DNA of 64,000 bases from Hemiscyllium ocellatum (taxonomy: Eukaryota). The DNA lies in the NCBI RefSeq assembly GCF_020745735.1, contig NC_083409.1:6809534-6873533 (forward strand), given 5' to 3'. Below are positions 40,011-52,554 of this stretch, piece after piece (the stretch's first letter is position 1; each line of letters begins with the position of its first letter). The notes beneath the pieces were generated by a model. That model saw nothing but the letters and a program-made list of their open reading frames with translations, was not told the origin of the DNA and searched no databases. The position numbers and the translations under genes are program-made.

Positions 40011-42859
40011 CTAATTCCTCTGTTGAGCACACAGTCAAGGCTGACACTGCAAAACTGAGGGAGCTGTTGTCTGTCAGGTGAGATACAAAATAGAGGTCCT
40101 GCCACAATACATCGAACTGTACTATCTCCCCCAGAGAAAAGTGCTGGAATTTGAATTCAAACATCAAAGTAAACTTCATTAATGGTGACCACGATAATGA
40201 TCCCTGAATGCTTCCAGCCTCAGGCTTACCCAGTCTGGACCTCATGTGAATCTAGCCCCACAGCAACCTGGTTAACTCTTCGGTGACTTCTGAGAGGCCA
40301 CAGCAAGGCCAGCAATTCAAGGGCAATTAGTCTTGGGTAACAAAAGCTGATGTATGCCAGTGACACCCACCTCCAAGAAAACAGAATGCAACAGAGATTG
40401 GTGTCAGCCAAAATTGTCAGATCAGACTCCCAATGAGATGGGGAGATGGTTAAAAATGTATTCAACTCAGTATGGAATAGGTCGCCACTTGTTAGCACAT
40501 CATCGCTGATAAAATGAGTGAGAGAAAACAGAAAACGAAAGGTGAGAACATTCAAATGTGGGAACATCAGTGAGAATTCAGGCAACTGAAGGAAGATATG
40601 AAGAACTGCAAAGGAAGACAAAAAGGAAGCGAGAGTTACAAATAAAGTGATTGAGAAAGAGACATGCAAGGGCTCCCAAGAATAACACAAATGTTTTTCA
40701 TGAAAATTAGAAGATCAAGGAGGCTCCCTGGAATGGAAGCTGCATTATTCCATTCCTTGACTATTAAGACTGACACAACTAATTATTGTACACATCGGCC
40801 AATCCCTTACTCTCATTCACGGAATTCCCAGTTTGTTTTTAAAGGGCTCAGACTGCAGTGCACTGCTGAAAGTTGCACAGTCTCTGGCACCATCATTTCA
40901 GGCTCCACCCCCTCCACACCCCGACCACCACCACTCACACCTCAGCGGGTTGGCAAGATCCCATTCTGAAGCGATTCACTCGGGTGTCCTGCTCACTATT
41001 CAACTAGTGCCACCAAAACAGATTTGTCTTGTCATTCGTTTACTGTCTGTGGTACCTCACCAAGTTGTCCGTGAATGTGACTGGTCTGTGCTCACAGCTT
41101 TGAATATTCTGAGATGATTTTGAAAACTGCATCAACAAGAGTTCTTTTCTCATTTTCATGTAAAAGGGGAGCAGTGAGCAAGTGAAAATGCACACTGAAG
41201 GCAAACACTGAAGCTTCAGCAGAATGGTTTTTTGCTCCTTATTATCCTGCACCCTGGCCATTTCCTTCCAATGTCCGAGATGGTTATCAGGCCGGGATGG
41301 AGGCTGACAGATCACATGGAATCCTTCAGGCAAGGTACACAAGGTCACAGTCCAGGCTTGCTGCAAACATTGGCCTTCTTTCTACTGAAGTGCTGGGAGA
41401 TTCTCTGTGGCAGTTTCTCATGCACATCCTCCGTGGAATTATCACAGACTCTACTGAAATGGAATCAACTCAGAGGGGGGAAGAAAATGGGAAGAAAGGG
41501 GAGCATCAAGATAGGTGGGCGTGTGTGGAAGATTCAGTGCCATTAAAATTCCCAATTGGTATCACAAGGAAAACTCAAATTCATACGAGGATATAACCGG
41601 GAGAATCCTCACTGACATAAACAGGCTGAGAGTCAGAGATCCCGAGCCTCTGATGCCTGACTCTCTCTGAGGCATTACTGTCAAGGACTGTTCATGTGTC
41701 AATAAAGGGAGACTTGGTGACATGGGGTTATATTATAACCAATGATCGGATGGGTACAGATTAAAGATAAATGGCCGAAAGTTAAGAGGGAGCATAAGGA
41801 AACACATTTTCACCCAGAGGGTAGTGGCAGTCTAGGACTCATTGCCTGTCAGGGTAGTTGAGGCAGAAACACTCTCATAACATTGAAGTGTTTCAATGTG
41901 CAACTGTGATGCCAAAGCATACAGGGTTACAGGTCAAGTACTGGAACATGGAATTAGAATAGTGATGTGGATGTTTGACTGGCTTTGGCTCAATGCGCCA
42001 AAGGGCATTATTCTTGTAGACCTGTTGTAGAAGTCTGACTCGGCCAGGACTCCAGGAACGTGGCTGACCCTTATCTGCCATTTGAAAGGCTGAGCAAGCC
42101 ATTCAGTTTCAGGGCAGTAAGGGATGAAGAACAAATGCTGGTTTTACCAGTGACTCCCACATCCTAGGAAAGAATAGATGGCCTCAGTGATAACACTGTC
42201 ACCTGAACCTACAGGTTTCAAACTCTATTCCAGAGACTAGAGCACTGTCCTGAGGCTGGCAAAGACAAAGATGCCATCTGCTGGATGATCGGTTAAACCA
42301 CTGACCTCTCAGGTCAATGTGAATGTAAGGGCTTTGTGACAATGTCAGGGAAAATCGGCCCAATGTGATGGCCAATGCTTCTCTTATAAGCAAAGATCCT
42401 GAGACAACAGCTTCCAAACCCATGACCACTTAAATCAAGGACAAGGGCAGCAAATACATGGGAACGTCACTGCAGCAAGATCGCCTCCAAGTCATTCACC
42501 AGTTTGATTTGGAAATTTAACACTGTTCCTAAATCATCACTGGGTCAGAATCCTGGAATTCCCTTCCTAAAGGCATTATGGATCTACCTACAGCACACGG
42601 ACTGCAGGGGTTCAAGAAGTCAGCGTAGCAGCACCTTGTCCATGACAATTAAAGATGGATAGCAAAACGGCTGGTAAGAGTACGAGTTGGCGTGCTTAGA
42701 ACATAGAACAGTACAGCACAGAAAAGGCCCTTCAGCCCATGATGTTGTGCCGACCATTGATCCTCATGTGAGGTGAACCTAATGTACAAACCTTCAAGTT
42801 ACTGTGACCATATGCATGTCCAGCAGTCTCCTAAATATCCACAATGACCTCGCTTCCAC

Positions 42860-45800
42860 AACTGCTGCTGGCTACTCATTCCATGCTCTCACATCTCTCT
42901 GCGTAAAGTACTCGCCTCAGACATCCCCTCTATATACTTTCCTCCAAACAGCTTAAAACTATGACTCCTCGTATTAACAATTTCTGCCCTGGGAAAAAGG
43001 CTCTGGCTATCAACTCTATCAATGCCTCTCATTATCTTGTACACCTCAGTTAGGTCCCCTCTCTTCCTTCTTTTTTTCCAATGATAAAAGTCTGAGCTCA
43101 GTGAACCTCTCTTCATAAGATAAACCTTCCATTCCAGGCAGTATCCTGGTAAACCTCCTCTGAACCCTCTCCAAAGCAGCCACATCTTTCCTATAATAAG
43201 GTGACCAGAACTGGACACAATATTCCAAGTGCAGTCTCACCAACGTTTTATAGAGCTGCAACAAATCTCATGGCTCTTAAACTCAATCCCCCTGTTAATG
43301 AAAGCCAAACCACCATATGCTTTCTTAACAACCGTGTCCACTTGGATGGCAATTTTAAGGGATCTATGTACTTGTACACCAATATCCCGCTGTCTCTCTA
43401 CACTGCCAAGAATCCTGTCTTTAATCCTGTGCTCAACTTTCAAGTTCGCACTTCCAAAATGCATCACTTCGCATTTATCCACGTTGAACTCCATCTGACA
43501 CCTCTCAGACCATCTCTGCATCCTGTTAATGTCACGCTGCAGCCTACAACTGTCCTCTATACTGTCAACGACAACTCCACCTTTGTGTCATCTGCAAACT
43601 TGCTAACCCATCCTTCAATCTCCTCATCCAAGTCATTAATAAAAATTACAAAGAGTAGAGGCCCAAGAACAGAGCCCTGTGGAACACCACTCATCACTGA
43701 CTTCCAGGCAGAATACTTTCCTTCCACTGCCACTCGCTGTCCTCTGTCGACCAGCCAATTCTGTATCCAGGCAGTTAAACTTCCCTGTATGATCTTCTGA
43801 ATGAGCCTACCATGGGGAATCTTATCAAATGCCTTGCTGAAGTCCATATACACCTCATCCACCATTCGACCCTCATCAACTTGTCTAGTAACATCCTCAA
43901 AGAACTCAATGAGATTTGGGAGGTTTGACCTGCCCCTCATAAAGCCGTGCTGACTGCATTTAATCAAGCCATGCTCTTCCATTGGTCATAAATCCTATCC
44001 CTCAGAATCCTTTCTAACACCTTGCAGACGACAGATGTGAGACTGACTGGTCTATAATTGTTGGGGATTTCCCTATTTCCTTTCTTGAAGAGAGGAATTA
44101 CATTTGCATCCCTCCAGTCCCAGGTATGACTCCGGTGGAGAGTATGGTTGCAAAGATCTTCGCAATCGGCGAAGCAATCACATTTCTCGCTTCCAAAGCA
44201 GCCGAGTACAAATCTGGTCTGGCCCTGGTGACTTGTCAATCTTAATGTTTGTCAAAATTTTCAGCACATCAGCTTCCTCAATCTCTATCTGTTCCAGCAT
44301 GCTAACCTGCTCCTCAATGGCTTCATTACTACAAGGTCATTTTCTTCAGTAATGGAAGAAGCAAAAAAACTCATTTAGGGCTTCGCCTACCTCCTCAGAC
44401 TCTATACACATGTTTCCTATGTAATCCCTGATCGGCCCTCTTATTCCTCACATGTCGGCAAAATGCCTTTGGATTCTCCCTAATATTTTGTTCCAAGCCT
44501 TTTTCGTGCCCCCTCCTGGCTCTCCTCAGACCATTTTTGAACTCCTTCCTCGCCTGCCTGTAATTCTCTAGAGCTGAGCAAGACCCTAGCTTCCTCCACC
44601 TTACGTAAGCTGCCTTCTTTCTTTTGACGAAAAGCTCCTCCGCTCTCGTCATCCAAGGTTCCCTTATCTTACCCCTTCTTGCCTATCTCAGAGGAACACA
44701 TTTATGCATCAGTCGCAACAACTGTTTCTTAAACAGTCTCCACATGTCTCGTGCCCTTTCCATGGAACAATTGCTCCCAGTCCATGCTTCCCAACTCAAG
44801 TCTGATAGCATCATAGTTTCCTTTTCCCCAATTAAATATCCTCCATTGTGCCTGCTTCTCTCCTTCTCCATAGCTATGTACAATGTGAGGCGGTTGTGTT
44901 CACTATCACCAAAATGTTCTCCCACCACAAGATCTGACACCTGCCCTGGCTCATTGCCGAGCACCAAATCCAAAATTATCTCTCTCCTCCTCGTTAGGAA
45001 AATCTCCTGAACACATCTTACAAAAACAACGCCTTCCAATCCATCTGCTCGAAGGAGATTCCAAACAATATTGGGAAAGTTAAAGTCACCCATTACAACA
45101 ACCCGACTACATTCACGCTTTTCCAAAATCTGCCGACCTATGTTTTCTTCAATCTCCCTGCTGCTATTGTGGGGCCTGTAGTAAACCCCTGATGAGGTGA
45201 CAGCTCCCTTAATGTTCCTAATTTCCACCCATACTGACTCAGTAGGCAGACCCTTCTCGACAATGGAAGCTTCTGTAGCTGTGATGCCCTCTCTGATTAG
45301 CAGAGTTACATTCCCAACTCTTTTTCTCCCCTCCCTATTCTTTTTAAATGTTCTAAACCCTGGAAAATCCAGCAACCATTCCTGCCCCTGAGAAACCCAC
45401 GTCTCTGTTACGGCCACAACATCATAGCAGCAGGTACTGATCCATGCTCTAAGTTCATCACTTTTATTCTTGATACTCCTTGCATTAAAGCGAACACACT
45501 TGGTTCTTTCCCAGGAAATTCCTTCCTACAGGCTGCGTTACCTCGTGCTATTGCTTCATTTCCATCAACTCTCACCACCGGTATTTGGCTCAGGTTCCCA
45601 ACCCCCTGCCATACTAGTTTAAACCCTCCTGAACCACTCGAGCAAAACTTCCACCCAGGACATTCCTACCCTTCCTTTTCAGATGCAACCCGTCCTTCTT
45701 GTACAGGACCCACCTTCCCCAGAATGCATCCCAATTATCTACATATCTGAAGCCCTCCCTCCTACACCATCTGCACAGCCACGTGTTAAGCTGCGCCCGC

Positions 45801-46520
45801 TCCCTGTTCATCACCTCGCTATCCCATGGCACCGGTAGTAAATCCGAGAACACTACTCTGCAGCTTCCACCGTAACTCCCTGAAATCACCTTTTATATCC
45901 TCGATCCTTTTCCTGGCTATATGATTAGTGCCAATATGTAACACAATTTCTGGCTGTTCGCTCTCCCCTTTCAAAATCTTATATACCTGATCAGAGACGT
46001 CCCAGACCCTGGCACCAGGGAGGCAACATACCTTCCGGGAATCCCAATCCTGACTACAAAATCTCCTGTCAATTCTCCTAACAATCGAGTCTCCTAACGC
46101 TAGCGTTTTCTATTATGTCCCCTTCCCCTCTGGGCCACAGTGTCAGGCTCAGTGCCAGAGACCTGACTGCTATGGCTTTCCTCTCGTGGGTCATTCCCCG
46201 CCAGCAGTATCCAAAACGATACTTATTGCTGAGGGGAATGTCCACAAGGGATCTCTGCACTGACAGTCTGTCCCCTTTTCTCCCCCTGACTGTAACCCAT
46301 CTACCTTATCCTGAGCATCAGGAGTGACTGACTGCTGGTAACACTTCTCAATTACCCCGTCAGCCTCCCGAATGATCCGGAGTTCATCCAGCTCTAGCTC
46401 CAATTACCTAACACGGTTTTCAAAGAGCTGGAGTTGGGTGCACTTCCCGCAGATGTAGCCAGTGGAGACGTGTGTCATTTCTCTCACTTGCCACATTCTG
46501 CAGGAGGAGCAAGCAATTGC
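42860..46520 (-). mobile_element. Near full-length CR1 LINE (ORF1 with esterase; ORF2 APE-RT), decayed
   Basis: ORF1 YICGKCTQLQL..ELELDELRIIRE and CRREGFRYVDNWDAFWGRWVLYKKDGLHL. ORF2 [65 protein letters not shown]. Confidence 0.92.
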
Positions 46521-47656
46521 TTAAGGACCAGAAAGTGAGACTGTGATGTTTCAGTTACTCCTGGACATTGGTGTGACCACATCTCAAATATTGTGTGTAG
46601 TTTTGATCTCCTTATTAAAGGAAGAATATAAATGCATTCGAGGTGGTTAAGATGAGTTTTGCCCGATTGATCCCTTGAATGAGTGGGCTGTGTGATGAGG
46701 AAAGATTAGAAAGGCTGGCCTTGTTCTCAGTGGGGTTTAGAAGAGTGAGGGGTTTTCCTGACCTACTGTATTCTCCAGCCCCCACCTGCTTCCATCGTGT
46801 GTCATACCCTCCTGCCCCTTACTACACGTGGAATTGAACTGTGCGGTCCTGAGGCCTATAACTTCCTTCTGGAACAAAGTCTCCAGGTATCTCTGCCCCT
46901 CCCTGATGTACCTTGTTTTCAAAGCAGCCTCCAAACCAAACCCACTTTGTTTGAGAGTTCCCGAAGTTATATACATTCACTTTATATGTCTTTACCCTGA
47001 ATCATTTCAATTCTCACTGACAAATGAAAAATATCCATTCCTTCATTAAACCAGTAATTGTCTTCAGTCTGTTTTGAAGCTTCAGTACTTTCCATTTTGT
47101 TAACCTTCCCTAATGGACATGTCCTGAGACAGTCAACTTATACAGTCTCTCACACTGAACAATTCCCAGCTGATCTGCTTACCAGACTCCTATTCTCTTG
47201 TATATCATTTTGTATCATTTAAACCAAGTGCATGTGCAGGCTCCCATCAGCTGGAGTGACAGTTCCAAATCAGTTTGGAAAAACAAAGGGAGACTCCTTC
47301 TCTGAGTTCTCCAAACTACCACACTGACCAAACTTCCCAGCATTCCCCTCTGTGCTGGCTGCACTTAGTGCGAGCTGCAGTGTATAGGCTGCCCTGTATT
47401 TATACTGTTTCTGATTTATATCACTGCATTCTGTTGAGCTTTGTTCAGGATCTGGGTTAAGCTCACTCATTTCTCAGATGAGAGCTTCCTTTTTTCAGAC
47501 TGAAAGAGATTTATATTTACAACCAGCAAATGTGACTTCAATGTTCGAATCTGTTTTCAGGATTGATGGGCTCGATGGTTTGATTCAATGAGACGTATTA
47601 TGAAATACCTGTGACACTTGCTGCAATCCAACTTTCTCTGTCTAATCTCTTCACGG

Positions 47657-47690
47657 GTCAACGTTTCGGGTGTAACCCTTCTTCAGGACT
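47657..47690 (-). ncRNA. Minimal hammerhead ribozyme motif with intact core (PLE tail)
   Basis: Reverse complement AGUC-CUGAAGA-A-GGGU(UAC)ACCC-GAAAC-GUU-GAC. Stem I GUC/GAC, 4-bp stem II, ACGU palindrome in place of stem III. Confidence 0.72.
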
Positions 47691-47985
47691 GGGAGTGGTG
47701 TTGGGAGAGGTGCAGATAGATGGGTTTGTGGCGGGGGGGAGTAGGGTGGGGAGGGAGGGATAGGTTGAGAAAGGTAGAGAGTGTGGCCTGATTTGTCGAT
47801 GGGAGAGATGCATCAGGATTCATCCCTCCCACCTCCTTTATCTGCAGCTCCCCCAACATCCACCCCCAATCCTGAAAAAGGGTTACAGCCAAAACATTGA
47901 CTTCTCCACCTCCTGATACTGCCTGGCTTGCTGTGTTCTCCCAACCTCCTGCTTGTCAACATTGGATTCCAGAGTTTGCAGGGGT
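47657..47985. mobile_element. Fold-back Penelope-type tail pair
   Basis: 47657-47720 is inverted at about 47835-47905 (degenerate CTGAAAA-A-GGGTTACAGCC-AAAACATT), followed by a PLE tail (GATACTGCCTGGCTTGCTGTG). Confidence 0.7.
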
Positions 47986-49519
47986 TTTTTTTGTCTCTAA
48001 TCTTTTCAGGGGCTAGGATGAGTGTGAGGAGGTTGGGTTTTAATGGAACTTACCCACAGAATGAAGTCAAAAGAAGCAAAGCAAGAAAGGCAAGTGGATC
48101 AAATTCAAAACAGCAAATCGTGAGCAAAAAGTAATTATTACCAGTTCAGCAATTGTAAAGCAGAGAACAACAACTTTGAATTGCTTCTGGTGTCATCCTC
48201 TGTGCCCTAACGTTTCACAGTGCCAGCTCCACATCGTTCGATTGGCTTTGTCACTGAGAGGCAACAGTTCCCTTCCCATAGCCCTTTTTAAAATGTCCTG
48301 TCCCAGGGAATCTCTAAGGCAGAGAATATTTCACCTTTTCTGGGAAAGGTGGAGAATTATTGGATGTTGAGGAACTGCTCTCTCAGACTTCAGTGATTGA
48401 CAGAAGGATGTGTGTAGTCTGTGGATTCTGGAGACAGATCACTGACGTATTCCTCACTCCCATCAACACCAGTCTTTATTCTGACATCAGTTACTATTCT
48501 TCATTATAAAGTATTCCCCCCTCCCCCGCCACAGTTTCAGGTTGGACATTTCACATCCACCCCCCCACTCCCCATTTCCCCACATGGACTCAAGAACCAA
48601 ACTTGCCCCATCTCGGGATTGTCCTCTGAATGTGGCATCAGTGTGATAATGTTATGTTTGAATGAAAGAGCCACAGTGGAATCTGGGACTGAATCCAAGG
48701 GGTTTCTGAGTAGCCTCACCACTGTGTGAATGTCTGTTTGGATAGGATTCCAGCCCAATGGGTTACCATTGATCCGAGAGCCATGGAGTGAGATTGCTGG
48801 AGCCACGTGTGGACTGAGGAACACAACATTCAGGACAATGAGCTGCTCTGGAATCCACCCTGATCCCTGAATGATCCTCGCTGAGATGGTCCAGGGGCTG
48901 CAGAATATGAAAACAGAAAGTGGAACCAGTTTATCATTGATAGTCCTCCCCAGCTGTGACTCCCAGACATCCACCGGACTGAACATTCTCAATCTGACTC
49001 CATGGACACACGGCGCAATTCCATCTCATTTGAAGAGAAAAGAAAACCCAGGCTTAATTTATGGAATATTTATTTCCCGAACCCTGTGGAATTGTGATTC
49101 TGAGTAACAAGATCGTGCCAGTCATATTCATCAATACAGGGTTCCCAGAGGCTCTGGCTCCGAAACAGTTGATTTGAATGTCTGGGTTTGGGATCTTGCT
49201 GTGCCTAAGGGATGGGCAAGCATTGATGGGGAATTTCCATCAGATTATTGTGTTCCCCGTTGTCCCCTCCTGCCTTCCTTCTTTTACACATTTATTGGGA
49301 AAGATTTCCTTGAGGCCCTGCATTCCTGCTGAATGTGCCCCTTCTGGACACAATGGTAGCATTGCCCTCCTGCTCCGGGGACCCCATTGCCCCCTCGATT
49401 CTCCCCTCTTTCTTCAGGCCTTTACGGTGGAGGTTAACACTTCACGCACCCTTTCCATTAGGCTTCAGCTCGGGCCATTCCCAAAGCACACACGAGACAG
49501 AGACTGAATCTTCTTCATC

Positions 49520-49525
49520 TTTATT
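49520..49525 (-). terminator. Putative polyadenylation signal of C2 3' UTR
   Basis: TTTATT on plus, homologous to the AATAAA at 31062. Confidence 0.65.
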
Positions 49526-50054
49526 CCCTTTTCCAGATTGACATTGACAGAAAACAGTCAGCAATTAACAGCCCAGACAGAGGAAGCTGCACAAATTCAC
49601 AGCCACAATGGAGCTTGAGGAAAACACTTGTGGAGATTTTCTCAATAACATTGGAATCTTGCCCATCAAACAGTGACAAAACCTTAAATTGGAACTGGAA
49701 ACTGAGCAGGAAGGAGATCTGGTTGACTGAAGCAGAGACTTCTAAGGTTCACATTGTTTTTGTACAGCTGACTGTCTTCAGCATTTTCGACAGATTTGAC
49801 TTGGCATCACAGGTCATCACTGCCCCAGTCAAACACTCCCAGAACAGGGTCAGCATGGGGTTTGATACAGAGTAAAACATCTTTTTGATGATCGCAATGA
49901 CCTGCCTTAACCCTTGAATCTCATAAGTATCTCTGAGCCAGTCCTGAGAATGAAGAGAGTTGAAATTCAGTGCTGACAATGACCTTTGACCTGCCAGCTC
50001 TGCCCTGTTCTATTTAAAGTTGTGTCTCCTCTGTGGACTGTCTCCAACACTCGA

Positions 50055-50373
50055 CACACATTCTGATCTCCTGATGTTCTTGCTGAGGAGAGAGGGGAGG
50101 GTCACGTGGGTGAGGGCACGTGAGTGTTGGACTCCCAGTCAGACCCAGAGAGGGTCAGCAGGCTGCTGACACTGTAGGTGCTGTCCGAAGCTCGTAGGTA
50201 GTTGCTGGTCTGAACCCCGTCCGAAATGACTGCACCGTCCTTCTTCCATTGCACATCCAGCTCATCGGGATAGAAGTGATTGGCAAGGCACACCAGGGTG
50301 GCAGTGCCCTTGGCATTGACCTGCTCCAGGGAGGGAGGCAACAGGTTCACCCTGGGCTGAGAGCTCTCACAGC
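50055..50373 (-). pseudogene. Ig kappa constant exon pseudogene (C2)
   Basis: tctttcag|GC TGT GAG AGC TCT CAG CCC gives CESSQPRVNLLPPSLEQVNAKGTATLVCLANHFYPDELDVQWKKDGAVISDGVQTSNYLRASDSTYSVSSLLTLSGSDWESNTH. A 7-nt deletion (TTCCCCT relative to C1) at 50120/50119 then destroys the second Cys codon and shifts the frame (TGA at 50104-50102). Confidence 0.92.
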
Positions 50374-50599
50374 CTGAAAGACAAGAGAAACAATTTTAAT
50401 CCCTGCCATTCAAACTGATTTCAACTCTCTGAACATTCACTGGTAAAACAATCCATTTGAACATTTGTAGCCAATAACTAACAAACCCCATAAAAGGACA
50501 GGGATTTTTAAAATTGCTTCTTGGGATGTGAGTGTTACTGACAGGGCCAGTATTTCTAACTCATTCATAATTGCCCCTGAGGAGATGGTGGTGAAAGAA

Positions 50600-52550
50600 A
50601 AGGGACAGTTTTGGACCGTTGCTTAGAGAATGAATGTGGGCAGCTGGTAGGGTTATCAATAGGGAAGCATTTCAGTGACAGTGATCAGAACTCAGTGAGA
50701 TTGAGAGTAGGGATGTGAATGGAGAACCGTGCAACAAGTGTAAAAGTTTTCATTTGGGAACAAACCATTTTACTGAACTGAGCAGTGACTTGGTAAAACT
50801 GGGCTGAAAGACAAAATGCAGGGTTGAAAGCAAAGAGCTGACAGGATGAAATGCATCAAATGAAGTCAAGGAAATCCCAGTGATGTTGATAATCACAGAA
50901 AGAACAAGCGAATGAAGGAATGTATGAGGCCCATTCAAGAACAGGAAGGGAATTTGTGTGTGGGGGTAGAAGATGGAACAATGGTTCCTCATGAAAACAT
51001 TAAGTTTGTTTTCACAAAAAAGAGGAAAAACGCAGGAACTTTGTCAGGAGGAGGACTGTGCAATATCAGGACGGCATCTTTCACATTTGAAAGACTCCCA
51101 GTTCATCCAATGAAAAGAACGATTCATGCTGTCCCCAAGACATTTGCAAACAGTGTGGGACTTGTTTGAAATATGGTTGCTGTTGTAATATAGGAAACGT
51201 GCAAGCTGTATTGTGCACAGCAAGATCCCACAAGCAACAATGAACCATGGAACATTTTGAGTAATGATTCTTCAGGGATAAATATCAGCCTGAATACGAT
51301 TCAAAGAGAAAGTAACTGGAACAGTTGGATGGATAATGAGAAAATGGAAGGTAAAGGAGAAGGGAGGATTACTGGGTAGTGATGGGATTGTTTGTTACCA
51401 GAAAATAAAAGGAAGGGATGGAATATTGTGAATGTCATATTGTACTGAGGAAACTTAAAAGTGTAGGGAAGCTCAATACTAGAAAAAACTTAAAGGCTTT
51501 GTCTCTTAATGCATGACCCATTCAGAATAGTGCAGATAAAGTGGTACCACACAAGCCAAGGTAAATCAAGCTACGAGGAATTTAAACCGTTTGAAGAAGG
51601 TGGGGGCTCAGGATACTTTATTAAAGTATCCAGACCAAGTAATAGGGTAGAGAGTATGGAAAGCATTAGCAATTGAACTTGAGGCCCCGAAGGGTGGAAT
51701 GGTGGATCAATGGTTAGCACTGCTGTTTCACAGCTCCGGAGACACAGTCTCAATTCCAATTGACTGTCTGCGTGGGTTTTACACATTCTCCCCGTGTCTA
51801 CTTGGGTTTTCTCCCATTGTCACAAGGATGTGTAGGATAGGAGGATTATCCATGGGAATGGTAGGATGGGTGGGATGCTTTTTGGAGGGTCAGTCTGGGC
51901 TGAATGGCCTGTTTCCACAGTGTAGGGATTCTGTGATTTCTAAAGGAGATAACTATGAGAAGGAAGCAGTTAATGCATGACTGAGGGTGGTGTACTTAGA
52001 TGCATCAAGTATATGAAACAAGGTAAATGAGCCTGCAGTGCAGGGACATGGCTGCAAGGGGATCAGGGCTGGGAACTAAGTATCCAAGGATGTACATCCT
52101 ATTGAAAGGAAATGCAAGGGGATAGAGGGTCAAGTTTGAAGGAGGAACTGAAGGTAATCCTTGTTAGTCAGGAAATGGTCTTGGGGAGACTGATGGTATC
52201 AAAACTTAATATGTTCCCCGGGGCCTGATGCTGTACGTCCCAGAGTACTTCAGAAAGCGAGTGTCAAAATAGTGGACACATTAGTGGAAAATGATCATCA
52301 TTCTGTTGACTTTGACAGAGTTCCAATGGACTGGACAGTATGCAATGTAACCCCACTTTTTAATAAAAGAAGGGAGAGTGAAAATGAGGAATTAGACTCG
52401 AGGAAAACGCTGGAATCAGTTATTGAAGATAAAATAACTGAGCATTTGGAAAGCAGTGACAGGATCGGTCAAAGTCATCATGGATTTACTAAAGAGAAAT
52501 CAGGCCTGACACATCTTCTGGAAGTTTTTGAGGATGTGATCAGTAGAGAG
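50600..52550 (+). mobile_element. Highly decayed CR1 fragments plus a degenerate V-SINE (about 51705-51930)
   Basis: VPMDWTVCNVTPLFNK..GQSHHGFTKEKSGLTHLLEVFEDV. Confidence 0.72.
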
Positions 52551-52554
52551 TGGG

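Noticed and set aside
48699-48726. RSS-like GGGGTTTCT-12 bp-CACTGTG
   Set aside because: The nonamer matches only 6/9, and the flanking sequence is not V, D or J coding in any frame. Probably a chance cryptic RSS.
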